Assembly: GCA_964016885.1 (NCBI GenBank) | Contig: OZ024757.1 | Location: forward strand, 39,308,001-39,372,000 | Source: Eledone cirrhosa | Taxonomy: Eukaryota | DNA length: 64,000 nt | Direction of reading: 5' to 3' | Notes under the pieces: generated by a model | What the model saw: only the letters and a program-made list of their open reading frames with translations | Database searches by the model: none | Told to the model about the DNA's origin: nothing | Translations under genes and position numbers: made by a program | Shown: piece by piece, positions 1 through 12,579 of the stretch | Layout of the letters: each line of letters opens with the position of its first letter | Numbering within the stretch: position 1 is the stretch's first letter

Positions 1-53
<53 letters not shown>

Positions 54-678
54 GAATACACATATATATATATATACATACAAACTCTCATAAATACATG
101 TATATTTTTATATATACATTGGGGTATAAGTGTATGTATATGTGTATGTATATATATGTGTGTGTATGTATATACATGTGTGTGTATATATATATGTATG
201 TATATATATATATATATAAATGTGTGCGTGTGTATATGTATGTATATATATATATATATATAAATGTGTGCGTGTGTATATGTATATATATATATATATA
301 TATGTGTGTGGGTGTAAGTGTCTATGTATATATGTATGAATGTGTGTGTATATAAAGAGAGGCCTAGAATGGGGAGAAACAGATGAACATATAGAGATAT
401 GTTGATGAGGTGAGAAGTTAGAAGTTAACGGTAATGATGGAGATGATGGCAAGAGGCAAATGAAATACAATTTGATAGTTTCTGCTGCACTGGGTTGCGC
501 ATACATCGATCTGCTTGGATAATAGTGGTTTTTATTAATGTTGCTATATTCAAATCTAAATTTCGAGTAAACGATGAGTGAAAAACTACAGCTATAAACT
601 AAACTCGATATTCATAATATTTTGAAACGGTTTTACAAGCGAATAATTTAACTAGCCGTCTAGTAATAATATAATATA

Positions 679-712
<34 letters not shown>

Positions 713-937
713 GTGTGTGTGTGTGTATGTATATATAAATAAATGTGTATATTTATGTGTTTGTACATATATGTATGTGAGTGTGTGTATATATATATAT
801 ATATATATGTGTGTATATATAGATGTGTGTGTGTATATATAAATGTGTGTATATGTATATATAAATGCGTGTATATATATACATATATATATGTGTGTGT
901 GTATATGTATGTTTTTGTACGTATATGTATGTGTGTG

Positions 938-973
<36 letters not shown>

Positions 974-1054
974 TATGTATATATAAATAAATGTGAGTAT
1001 GTGTTTATATATGTATGTGTATGTGTTTTACATATATGTATGTGTTTGTGTGTG

Positions 1055-1102
<48 letters not shown>

Positions 1103-1554
1103 TATATATATTATGTAGTTTACATACACAGATATTACATTACATTGCGTACGGTACGTTTAATATCGGTGTTACTATATACGCTGGAAATTTCCGTATA
1201 TATTTAAGAAAGGAAATAATATAGGTTATCGATCAATGGTCCGTAGACATTCACCAAAGCTATGTTGTGTTCGTTGGCATGTCATTTAACCTATTATATT
1301 ATCTTGCCACTATCTTAGACCAGAAATACTAGAAATAGCAACCATATCTTCCTCTGTGTACACCTTAACATGATAGAAAAACTACCGTTCGTGGTACTCT
1401 ACTTTATCAGAATATGGTAAATTAACCCTTTAGTTACCAGCCCGGCCAACACCGGCTCTTGGTGTATAAAATAATGTCACCCATATAAAAGGTTTCCAAG
1501 AATCAAGTATTCACTTGAGTAATGGTCTAACCAGTTTCAAATTGAATCTATCAT

Positions 1555-1591
<37 letters not shown>

Positions 1592-1659
1592 GGGGTAACA
1601 AATAATAGTTATATGCAGTCCACTTAGCAAACCGTGTCACTCTTCTTTCCTGATTTACA

Positions 1660-1695
<36 letters not shown>

Positions 1696-1725
1696 CACGG
1701 GTGTGTATGATTGTGTATAGAAGAT

Positions 1726-1970
1726 TATATTAATAAAATGAATTCCAACTTTGTCTGATTTACTCGTTTTATTTACAATCCTTTAACATTTATAATGGTA
1801 TTAGAATGAAATAGTATGGTAAAATATTAAATGTTAAGTGTTAATTGAACAATGTTCAATTAACATTTAACATTTAATATTTTACCATACTATTTCATTC
1901 TAATACCATTATAAATGTTAAAGGATTGTAAATAAAACGAGTAAATCAGACAATGTTGGAATTCATTTTA

Positions 1971-1978
<8 letters not shown>
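1726..1978. repeat. Near-perfect 253-bp palindrome (126-bp arms, about 2 mismatches, centre 1852)
   Basis: Arms read directly as reverse complements (tatattaataaaatgaattcc... / ...ggaattcattttattaatata); abuts a (TA)n tract. Confidence 0.95.
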
Positions 1979-1999
<21 letters not shown>

Positions 2000-2008
<9 letters not shown>

Positions 2009-2168
2009 TGAGGATGTCTGTCTGCGTGTGTGTGTCTGAGTTTGAATCCCTAAAACTCGAAGTACCCCACCGATATTTTTCAAACTTTACATGTGTATTA
2101 CTTATGTTCTCTTGGCGGCCTACGTTCCAAAATACCTCATCCCGTGCAATGCCGGGTACCACTGCTAG
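2000..2168 (+). mobile_element. Short non-autonomous Helitron-like element
   Basis: Starts in (TA)n followed by a gtctgtctg repeat. Ends with a GC hairpin cccgtgcaatgccggg (2141-2156), then CTAG (2165-2168) and T. Confidence 0.6.
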
Positions 2169-2186
2169 TATATATATAAAATAAAA

Positions 2187-2315
2187 CAAGTACGAGTTGT
2201 TACTCCTTCATTACGTTTATTGGTTGATGACGGGCTTTTCGCTATTGATCAGCTCAAGGTTCGATCTGTGTCGATTAAGCCCGACTCTGTAATCAATGGC
2301 TCGTCTGACCTCTTG
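2187..2315 (-). repeat. Dispersed repeat with degenerate hammerhead-like core; second copy at 32143-32270
   Basis: Shares gttactccttcattacgtttattgg...gatcagctca.ggttcgatctgtgtc with 32143-32270. The minus strand reads ggtCAGACGAgcc...gcGAAAagcccGTC. Confidence 0.6.
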
Positions 2316-2402
2316 TGCGTGTGTGTGTGTGTATGTATTTATGTATGTAAGCATATATATATATATATATATATATAATATAATATATGTGTGTGTGTGT
2401 GT

Positions 2403-2556
2403 AACAAAGAGGGTGTGGTAAGATAACAGGTGGTCCATAACGCACGAGAGTACTCGATAGTTGGTGTAGTAGAGTGAGAAATATGAAATGATTCACTTGA
2501 GTTCGGATCTAACTATCGAAACGACCGGAGCTCAGCCGTTGTGGTCCTGAATCATT

Positions 2557-2558
<2 letters not shown>
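2403..2558. mobile_element. Copy of the (TA)n-embedded partly inverted repeat family (GAAACGGC..GAGCTCAGCCGTC family, possible Penelope-like terminal repeat relic)
   Basis: Clear similarity to 6316-6482, 6503-6661, 20989-21151, 27105-27172 and 39437-39624. Confidence 0.65.
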
Positions 2559-2597
<39 letters not shown>

Positions 2598-2598
<1 letters not shown>

Positions 2599-2965
2599 TA
2601 GTCGAATTACCCGCGCCTTGCTGCGTTTCACGAATTTCTTTCTTTTTTTTTTGAAGAAAATGATGATTCATTTTAAAGCAGTGATATAATTTATGGAGAA
2701 AAGCGTCTCTTAATATTATTGAAATTTGCTGAAATTTCGTGAATAGGCATGATATCCTGTCATTTACCTATGGTTTAAATTTCATATAAATCGAAAGGAA
2801 AAGAGTTTCAGCGGGGGTTTGTGCCCCTGAGGAACCCTCTGATTAAAATGAAATATACTTATCCAAGTACCCTGGGCAATGTAGTTTCAGGATATATGAG
2901 GTTATGGGGGTCTATCTCCAAAACCATGGGAGGAGTTCGTGAACAAACAAACAGGCAGGAACTAC

Positions 2966-2970
<5 letters not shown>
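2598..2970 (-). mobile_element. Non-autonomous Helitron-like element
   Basis: Minus-strand 3' end has an imperfect GC hairpin and CTAG (2598-2601). The other end carries caaacaaacaggcag running into (TA)n. Confidence 0.5.
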
Positions 2971-3012
<42 letters not shown>

Positions 3013-3111
3013 CTAGAGTAACTGAAAACGATAACACATATACCTATATATAAATGATTTCCTTGGAATGAAACAGTTCTCGTCTTGTAGAGGGCATTAC
3101 TATAATAAAAA

Positions 3112-3154
<43 letters not shown>

Positions 3155-4309
3155 GGGAGTGTATACTCTCTTTGTTTGGTTTGGTTTTCCGTTTCACCTT
3201 GCTCTTCTTAGTTCCAGTCTGAAGAGGTATCTCCTAGCTTATTAGTGTCGATTTATTTTGACCTTGTGTTCTACGGAATTATTTATATCAATAAAAGAAG
3301 CATCTGTAATTATTTGGATTTGGCATCTCAAAATAGATTTATGACATGAAAGAAAACAAAGGCTATAAGAATTAGTGCTAAATACGAGGATAATTCTATC
3401 TTTTCCAACAATGTGACGTTACTTTTGTATAAATTCTAAACCAATCGTTGACTTACTGTCAGAGTTCGTAAAGATAGGTCAAAATTCTTAAATGGAGTGA
3501 GTGAACGTAGACTAGTTTTGGATGGGATTTCTTTTCTTTAGTTTTTGTTTGTGTTATTGTTGTTTTTGTTTTTTGTATTTTTTTTTAATTTGGTTTTTGC
3601 TTTCTGGAATACGAGATACATGAGATATCATTCAGTTCCTTCTAGAGAACATATGAACAATTCTCGGTAATATGTTGCGTATGATTATAATTATCAACGA
3701 CATTTCACAAAACAACATAAATAACACCCCACCATTAAAAGAAAACCTAAAATAAAATATAAAAAACAAATGAATAGGAAGTATGCACTTGGTCTAGTCT
3801 GGTCTGGTCTGGTTAGGTTCGGACTGGTTAGGTCTGGGCAAGGCTGGTGTCGTCTCGTCTAGTAAAAGAGGGAACATACTTAAAAATAAATACACATATA
3901 ACCTTCTATTATGTATAAAAGTGCTTTCTACTTGATAATCGCCTAGTGGAGAGTTGTCTGGTTCCATGTCCACAAATTAAGCCGTTATAAGTGATCTTAA
4001 TTAAATCTGACACGACTTTAACTCTAGTTGATGCTGCAGATCAGAATAAATAATCAACAATAGTATCGTTGAAAAGTTGGTAAACTGCCAAGTGCTTGGT
4101 AAACCACAAATCAATGAATCTCGACGACTCCTGGCATATTTTCAGTGACCTGGGACCATTAATCTTATATTCTTTTTTGTTTCGTTGCTTTGTTTTGGCT
4201 TGGATATAGTGCTACACTGCTAAACAAATGGATCAATTTCTAGCAAAGCGGTTCTTTTTATTACATTTTTTTTTCTTTCTATTTTCGTTTTTCTTATGCC
4301 TCTGTGAAA

Positions 4310-4625
4310 GCGCGTAGCCTAGTGGTTGGTGTCTTGAACGCTCGATCATAATGTCTTGATCATAATTTATTGAACGCTCGATCATAATGTCTTGATCGTA
4401 ATGTCTTGATCGTAATGTCTTGATCGTAATGTCTTGATCGTAATGTTTTGATCGTAATGTCTTGATCGTAATGTCTTGATCGTAATTTCTTGAACGCACG
4501 ATCGTAATGTCTTGATCGTAATTTCTTGAACACACGATCATAATGTCTTGATCGTAATGTCTTGAGTTCGAATCTTCTACCGACGTGTTGTATTCTTGAG
4601 CAAAATACTGTATTTTGCGTTGCTT
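4310..4625 (+). mobile_element. tRNA-derived SINE (family 2) with an internal 14-bp minisatellite expansion (tcttgatcgtaatg)n
   Basis: A-box-like tagcctagtgg (4315-4325) and B-box gagttcgaatc (4564-4574), followed by gtattcttgagcaaaatact. The tandem array lies at about 4330-4563. Confidence 0.7.
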
Positions 4626-5105
4626 CTAATATTTAGTCAAACATACAGAAAAAAAAGCACCATTTGAAAGGACTATAAATATCATATATGAGAGGAAGTC
4701 TGCCAGGAATTGCGACCAACAGATAATACTAGGAAAGAAAGTACCAATGGAAATATTATTTCCTTGTTTCGATCTGATGATTGACTGCTTTCCTCTTTTT
4801 CAGTCTTCCAGTAAATTTACTGAAAGTTTATTGGGATTGCGAAGCCAGATCACGAAGAACGGTGGGGCATTGGATTTCTATTTGTAGTAAGATATTTCAA
4901 GAGTTGTTGAACCAAATTTGGGATTTAAAAATGACGTAGTTTTCATAAATTCAATCTTTGTGTTGTCTTCACCTCCACAATAAATTTCACACTCATTTGG
5001 CCCATAACTATCATTATAATCTTTATATAATTTTTAAGATATGCAAGGCCTTTTGGTTAGCCAATATATCATCATCATCGTTGTTATTATTATTATTATT
5101 ATGAA

Positions 5106-5280
5106 TTTGCAGTATCGGTAGAGGGTCGGACGCCATGCTTTGCAGCATAGAGTTACGGCCATTCTGAGTTCAAATCCCGCCGAGGTTAACTTTGCCTTTC
5201 AACCTTACGGGGTCGATAAAATAAAGTACCAGTAATGCACTGGGTATTTGCTGGCCTTGTGCCAAAAGTAGAAACAATTA
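5106..5280 (+). mobile_element. tRNA-derived SINE family 1 copy
   Basis: gcagtatcggtagagggtcggac... with B-box gagttcaaatcc, conserved core gcctttca.ccttacggggtcgataaaataaagtacc and an (ATT)n tail. Confidence 0.85.
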
Positions 5281-5828
5281 TTATTATTATTAGTAGTAGT
5301 AGTAGTAGTAGTAGTAGTCCTACCATTATTTAACTCCTACGTATATCTATTTGACATTTTCTACTGAGCTTCATTGATAAATATTATTACTGATAATTAT
5401 GTCTAACATAATTTATTAAATTAGACTTGTTCAGTTTTATTTTCTAGTTGTTTGGGTTTTGTTTTTCACTGATTTTTATTTTTTTATTTTTGGTGAGGGT
5501 TATGTGATATATTTTTTTGTATCTAAATAGCCTGTTTTTTTCTCTGTTTTGGGATGTTTTTTGTTTGTTTATTTAGGCTTCGTTACTTTGCTCATTTATT
5601 TATTTATCATGTTATAAAATAAAACTTCTCTGACGTAATTTGATGAAATCAGTGGTAATTACATTGTTAGCGTGTGAAGGGTGGGTGATATGATAAGGCT
5701 AGGAAGCTACATGTTTGTAGATAATGAAGATTAAACTGCTAATCAGCCATGTTGCGAGTCATATAATGTGTGTGTCTGAGTGTATATATATATATATATA
5801 TATATTATAATATGACTGGCAACATGAA

Positions 5829-5866
<38 letters not shown>

Positions 5867-5994
5867 TTATAGTATTTCTTTACTAGTTTCGGTCACTGAA
5901 CTACTCTACTGGAGTCTGATATCTTCAATTGTTTATTCCAAGGGTATTGACCGCTCCATTTATTTCAATGATCACACGCATTCACTCACTAATT

Positions 5995-6039
<45 letters not shown>

Positions 6040-6148
6040 TGCCTACAAGGTCCTGAGGGAGTTGTAGGGGCGCCATATTCGCAGCGTTTCTATGGTATTT
6101 TAAGCCTGGCGCAGCCCATCTACTATTCAGCAAATTTCTTCCAGTAAA

Positions 6149-6196
6149 CATGTCTGACGATCCTGTAATAAAGAGGCGAAACTCCAGAGTAACAAG
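6149..6196 (+). ncRNA. Type I hammerhead-ribozyme-like motif (slightly degenerate)
   Basis: catgt CTGACGA tcct-gtaataaag-aggc GAAA ctc-ca-gag TA^ acaag. Core intact, with one mismatch in helix I and one at the base of helix II. Sits within a ~180-bp GC-richer island between (TA)n tracts. Confidence 0.55.
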
Positions 6197-6282
6197 ACTC
6201 CCTCTTTAACTTTAATATAATGAATATATATATATGTGTGTGTGTGTGTGTGCGTTTGTTCTCCCATTATAATTTATATATA

Positions 6283-6315
<33 letters not shown>

Positions 6316-6316
<1 letters not shown>

Positions 6317-6661
6317 AAGAGGGTGTGAGCAGATACCAGGTGGACCATAAAGTACCAGAGTACTTGATACTTGGGGTAGTAGATTGGGTAATATGAAAAG
6401 ATTCAGGACCCCAACGGCTGAGCTCCGTTTCGGATCTAGGTGTCGAAACGGCCGGAGCTCAGCAATCGGGATCCGGAATATTTATATATATATATATATA
6501 ACGAAGGAAATATGGTCGGAACCAGGTGGACCATAACGCACCAAAGTACTCAATACTTAGGGTAGTAGAGTGGGTAATAGGAACGAGTAGGACCCCGACG
6601 GCTGAGCTCAAGCCGTTTCGACGGATAATTCTGGTCCAGAATTAGCCGTCGAAACGGCTTG
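6316..6661. mobile_element. Two adjacent copies of the partly inverted GAGCTC-hairpin repeat family (6316-6482 and 6503-6661)
   Basis: Shared accaggtggaccataa...gtact..atactt.gggtagtaga.tgggtaata...ggacccc.acggctgagctc, followed by an internal fold-back; separated by (TA)n. Confidence 0.7.
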
Positions 6662-6941
6662 TGTATTAACCAATTACCAGTAAGAAAATTAGCTTAATAT
6701 CAAATATACTACAGAGCAGAAATACAACATAGATAACAAATAAATTCCTAATCCTTAGAACATTCATTATTTGTTTTAACACTGTATAGCCTCCGACGAA
6801 TCCAGACATATGTCTGAAAGAAACGACCGTTAGCAATTGAATGCATTAAACAAAAATTTGGTTGTTATCTATGTTGTATAATTAAATATATTTATTTTGT
6901 ATAAACCTAACCACAATGACTATTAATATCTTCTGTTGTAG

Positions 6942-7043
6942 GTTGGTGTATGGAACTTGAATACAGGAACAAACTTTTCAATTCCACAGGCAGAACCTGC
7001 CCCTCCATTTGGAAACAAGACTATGGTGGTGACAACTATATTG
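6942..7043 (+). CDS. GRIK2-like: Kainate-type ionotropic glutamate receptor, internal coding exon (end of ATD, linker and first S1 strand): VGVWNLNTGTNFSIPQAEPAPPFGNKTMVVTTIL
   Basis: Acceptor ttctgttgtag| and donor |gtaaga; 102 nt, phase 0/0, open frame. The peptide parallels vertebrate GluK IGTW...NRSLIVTTIL and joins in frame to EKPYV of exon 47264. It is too short to appear in the ORF track. Confidence 0.9.
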
Positions 7044-7339
7044 GTAAGACAGTCTTTTTACTTCCATCTCACATTTGATATGTTCAACATATGACTCCTA
7101 CACCTTCTTCTCCTCCTCCTTCAACTCTTCCTCTACGTTAACGAATAGTATTATTATTATTATTCCCACACCTTCCATTTTCTTTAAGATGTACTAGCTT
7201 AAAGTCATCGCCCTTCTATGCATGTCAGTCTCTATATTATTTTGCAATTGTTATTATTGTTGTTGTTGTTGATGTACTTATTTTGCCCAAATGTCAGTCT
7301 GTATTAGCTTTTGGTCATTTCTTGCTGAATCTGCGAGTG

Positions 7340-7371
<32 letters not shown>

Positions 7372-7462
7372 CGTTTGTTTATAACATATATATATATAGT
7401 AAATATACGTATATATGTTCGTTTGTTTATAATATATATATATATATATAGTGCATATGTGC

Positions 7463-7501
<39 letters not shown>

Positions 7502-7711
7502 TTTGTTTATAATATATACTACATATGTGGCGTATATATATATATATGCGTTTGTGTAAAACATATATATATATAGTAATTATACGTACATATGTCCGTT
7601 CTTTTATAATATATATGTATATATAGTACATATGTGCGTATATATATAAATATATATATATATACATAGTACCTATATGAGTATATATATATATATATAT
7701 ACACACACATG

Positions 7712-7763
7712 GGCTTTCCTGTTGATTTCCTTCGAATGAAACAGTTCTAGTCTTCTAGAAGCC
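7712..7763 (+). ncRNA. Degenerate copy of hammerhead-like family A
   Basis: ggctttc CTGTTGA tttc-cttc-gaat GAAA cagttctagtcttc TA gaagcc. Core and helix III are mutated. Confidence 0.45.
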
Positions 7764-7852
7764 ATTTCTATATTAAATGTGTTGTATATATTCTACTAAT
7801 GTATTTGGTACCATACTTACTGCGGTTACCACCGATTGGACTCACACACACT

Positions 7853-7917
<65 letters not shown>

Positions 7918-8222
7918 ATACATATTGTTTATTATACATTAGTTTATAAGCCTGTCCTCTATGTATCTGTATATATATTAAGTATTGGAAGATGTTTGAA
8001 TGTATTTTTATATTTCTGTTAATTATTTGCTTTGATTATATTCCCCATTTGAGATTGTGTGTATGTGTGCGTGTGTATGTCTATATCTAAGTATGTATGA
8101 ATTGATATTTGCCGGCACCTGTGTGTGTGTGTGTGTGCGTGCCTGTGTATGTCTCTGTTACTAAATTAAAACATAATTAAAGGAAGACTAATTGATCAGT
8201 CAACAAACTTCACATACCTGGT

Positions 8223-8274
<52 letters not shown>

Positions 8275-8559
8275 GTGTGTGCGTATGTATCTATATATGT
8301 GTGTGTGTGTGTGTGTGAGTGCGTATGTATATATGTATTAATCTATATATAAATATGTATGTGTGTATCTATGTAGATATAAATGTGTGCATATATATAT
8401 ATATATATACCTGCTCTATATGTTTTTAACACAAAAACTAAAAATGTGTAGCAGAAATCAAAAGAAAGCTAAAAAGCCATTTGGAAAAAAAATCCACCAT
8501 TTTAACATCAAGATACGTTAATGTCAGAACTAGTAAACAAAATATGATTAGAATATTAC

Positions 8560-8960
8560 GTACGATCCAATCTACTATATATAGTTGCCACATTAACATT
8601 ACCAATTGTATTACGAAATACATTAGAAATCTTTGTGATGTTAGCATATAGAAGAATGTTGAGACAACTGTAGACAGAACTGAAAATAAATGATGGTAAC
8701 ATGGAAGAAGAGGCAAACTTTATAAGACACCATCAAAGAGAGGATGCTAAAATGGTTTGGACATTTAATTAGAAAGAAATGGATTTCTGTGACAGTTAAT
8801 GGAACACAAAATAAATGGGAAACTGTGAAAAGAGCACAAAGAATTACGTGAATGGATTACGGCAAGAACTGGACTTAAAATGCAGTGAATTAATCACGAC
8901 AGCATTATCAGAATTAAATATGATCGTGATGCTGATCACACCTAGATTATTTAACATGCT
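8560..8960 (+). mobile_element. Highly degraded RTE-type LINE 3' fragment
   Basis: Fragmentary translation ...QLMEHKINGK...WITARTGL resembles RTE ORF C-termini; multiple stops. Confidence 0.35.
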
Positions 8961-8985
8961 GGGAGCAGATAATAATTGAGTATGT

Positions 8986-9035
<50 letters not shown>

Positions 9036-9404
9036 ATGTGTGTGTGTGTGTGTGTGTTATAATGGGTCGGGATACTCTTTACTCTTTTAACAGCTAGTTC
9101 CAGACTGTACTAGGTGTTGAAACGGCTCAGCTCTTGCTATTCAAACAGCAATTTCCTGACTGGAGGTAGTTGTTGAAATAGCACAATCTCAGCAGTCTGG
9201 TGCCAACTATTTTTAATATAGCCATACTCTACTACACCAAGTATCGAGTACTCTGTTGAGTAATGGTCTAACTAGTTTTAAACTGGTTGTTTCATTATAT
9301 ATATATATACACACATATATATGGGAAGAGTAATCTGGATATAACCAAGAAAACAATACAGTACAATGAAAATATATATTAGTTTAACGATTGATTAAGT
9401 AGGA

Positions 9405-9440
<36 letters not shown>

Positions 9441-9809
9441 ATATATATGTGTGTGTGTGTGTGTACGTATGCATGAACAGAACCGTAAGTCTTGATTGGA
9501 GGAAAATAATTTAGAAATTTCTTTCATGACTGGCACAACGTTGATCATATATTTGCTTGTTCAAATCCAACTTGTGGTTAACAGGAATTTTATATGCCAA
9601 AAATAGTAGCCTCCAATATATTTTTGTATTTAACATATTGGGTTGTGTAGTGTTATAATATAACACCTGACAAACTGTTGGAGATATGAACAGGCATTCT
9701 CAGCTTCAATTCCACTGACTTTCGCTTTTGCTTTTCATCTTCGTTCATCTACAGATACCTAGTTATCTAACGACAGCAACAGTTGACTGATAAATGACAA
9801 GTCGGTCAA

Positions 9810-10160
9810 TCATGTTGGTGGCCTCCCCACAGCCCCGGCGGACAGAATGGAGAAGGCATTTCCCCGGAGGACGAAAAGCCATTCCAACTCGCGAGGCTCA
9901 CAGCTGCGGCTGGCCAGCTCAGCGCCTATGGTGGTGAGTAGGGCGGTAGGCGTAGCGCCGAGGACACCAGAAGTCTCCACTGCCAAGAGTACGACCGCAA
10001 ACCTGTTGGAGAGTGACCGGTATTTGGAGAGTTTGGTCTCCTCAGCCCGACGTGCAGCAGAACCAGGTTGCGGCTGCGATAAGGAATATGACACAGTATT
10101 AACGCAAACCTCTCTACTTTCACCTTCCATATCGGAGGTGTTCCGTTGGTCCAATGGCGG
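9810..10160 (-). mobile_element. Non-LTR retrotransposon fragment, restriction-like endonuclease C-terminus (CRE-like)
   Basis: Translation PGSAARRAEETKLSKY...AVETSGVLG...LRGNAFSIL matches the recognisable RLE C-terminal pattern. GC-rich island; related copy at 25515-25690. Confidence 0.8.
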
Positions 10161-11219
10161 GGGTTTCCAAATGACGTATGTGTCTGGTCGTGGCTGTATT
10201 TAACACCTAATACCTTTAAACAAAAGTATAGTACATACTACCATGTTAGTCATAATAGATTACAAATGACGGTCGTTAGTTTTTTAAGGGGATTTAATGG
10301 GATGACCATAGCTAAAAGAATGGGGTCACATTTTTGCATTAATTGGGCAATCCTGTATTATATTTAGTTCTCATATTTTCACATTTTCTCATTCGATCCG
10401 CTGAAAGATATGTGAGGCAGTAGAAAAGATTAAATATATATATATATATTTTATATATAGTACTCTCTAGAGTGTTGGAAAACAACCACTTAATTCATCG
10501 GGTCAACTATTGTAACATGTCATTTATGTCATTTCATTTGATTTTAAGATGAAAAATACATTTGAAAAAATTAAACAAATAATAACAAAACATTAAAGAT
10601 AATAGAGCGAAACAATCATAAGAGCGTTGGTATTTGTATTGGGCAGCTTCTTACGTCATGACAATTAGAGAATGAAAACAACAAATAATTTTAGCTGACA
10701 AACATTAAGCATAGAAAAATTTAAAAATAAAATAAAAATAAATTAAAAATAAAATACTGAAACTTCAATGGCAATAAAACAAAAACACAACACAAAAAAA
10801 TCCAGCAAACAAACAAACAAACCAAACCAAAAATAACAAATAAAAATAATTAACACAAATGAATTCAACCCTATAATAACACCCACAAGGTTTAGCATTT
10901 GATTAAAATAATAATAAAATAATACATAAACAGACACAAAGAAGAACAATTAAAAAAACGATTAATGTTAGAGAACTGTCCAGAATTTTGATGGGCCTTT
11001 TCCTTTTTCACGTTTGTTGGTTTTCGTGGTGTGTGTTTTTTTTAAATTATATTTTCTGGAGTGCGAGAGTGGATGGGGGTGTTCCTTTTTATCATCATCA
11101 TCGTTGTTATCATTGTTTTGTTTTCTGTTGTTATTTCATGATTTATTTATTATTTTTTAGATGGGTGTGGGGAGAGAAACCAGAACAATGGCAACAATAA
11201 TACAAGCATTGTTTTGTGG

Positions 11220-11262
<43 letters not shown>

Positions 11263-11710
11263 CGTGTGTATATATATGTGTGTATATATGTGCCTGTGTG
11301 TGTGCGTGTGTATATATATATATGTGTGTATATATGTGCCTGTGTGTGTGCGTGGATATATATATATGTGTGCGTATATATGTGCCTGTGTATATATATA
11401 CATGGGTATATATATATGTGTGTATGTGTGTGTACATACATATATGTATGTGAGTGTGTGGGTATATATATATATATATATATATGAGTGTATATATATA
11501 TGTGTGTGTGTGTGCGTGTGTATATATATATATGTGAGTATATATGTGCCTGAGTGTGTGTATATATATATATATATATGGGTATATATGTGTGTGTGTG
11601 TGTGTGTACATATATATGTGTGTGTGTGTACATATATGTATGTGAGTGTGTGGGTATATATGTATATGAGTGTATATATATATATATATGTATGTGTGTA
11701 TATATGTGCC

Positions 11711-11803
<93 letters not shown>

Positions 11804-12143
11804 GTTGTTGGGTATTTTTCTTTTTATTTATTCAAATTTTGTTTATATTTTTTTTTTTTTTTTTTAATTTCTATTTTTTTTTGTTGTATTTTTCAAGAAA
11901 AATCTACAATTGAAGGGGAACCCATTAAGATAATCGGCTTTCAAGTGAAATAACTCCAAATTGCTTTTGAAATTCAATTTGATGTTTTCGTAGTTATTTT
12001 AAGTTTAAGTGACATTGTTAATTGGTATCCACTAAGTGCCGCTTTCTCCTTCCTCTGATTAGCCAGAATGTAATAGGTTTTCCTTGTTGCTGTTGTTGAT
12101 TTTCATGATGGTGGTGAGATTTCTCTGATAAACTGCGGTCTTT

Positions 12144-12218
12144 ATGTTTTTGCCCTTCTTGTTAGGAATTTTGCTCGGTGCAAATATCTTACCAGTTTAT
12201 TTTGCGCACCAACTTAGG
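12144..12218 (+). CDS. Candidate alternative first coding exon encoding a signal-peptide-like sequence MFLPFLLGILLGANILPVYFAHQLR
   Basis: ATG at 12144 with an in-frame upstream TAA (12129-12131). Hydrophobic core FLPFLLGILLG. Phase-0 donor AGG|gtagct (weak to moderate) is compatible with the 22755 microexon. Lies in unique, non-repetitive sequence. Confidence 0.45.
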
Positions 12219-12579
12219 GTAGCTAACTCCCTAGTGTCATCATGAGAAATATCACAGCAAAATTTAAAATGTGTGTATATTGATCTGTGAGTCCCAATGG
12301 AGTCGTTGATACACCCTAGCGATATCATCGGTATCTTAAATGTAGCAGAGTACAGCCATTCTGAACACATCTGATATCCTCCAGAGAAGAAGAAGAAGAG
12401 AGAGTGAATGCTTGAAAGGAAGTGAGATAACGATATAGGAGAATATACCCCAGTACAGGACTGGTACTTTTTTTTTTAAAAGACCTTGAAACGATGAAAG
12501 CGAATGGGATTACGAGAATCATTCTTTACGACGTTCTAACAACTCCACCAACTCACCAAGCGATAATTGAACATTTTTA

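Noticed and set aside
3214-3245. CTGAAGA motifs here and near 46523 as further hammerheads
   Set aside because: No properly placed GAAA or pairing helices I and III could be built.
4310-4574. Functional tRNA genes at A/B-box motifs here and in the other SINE heads
   Set aside because: No complete cloverleaf; the motifs continue into SINE bodies and occur in many diverged copies.
4804-4887. Possible extra exon after ttttcag (SSSKFTESLLGLRSQ...)
   Set aside because: The reading frame hits TAG before a suitable donor and shows no convincing similarity to the iGluR ATD.
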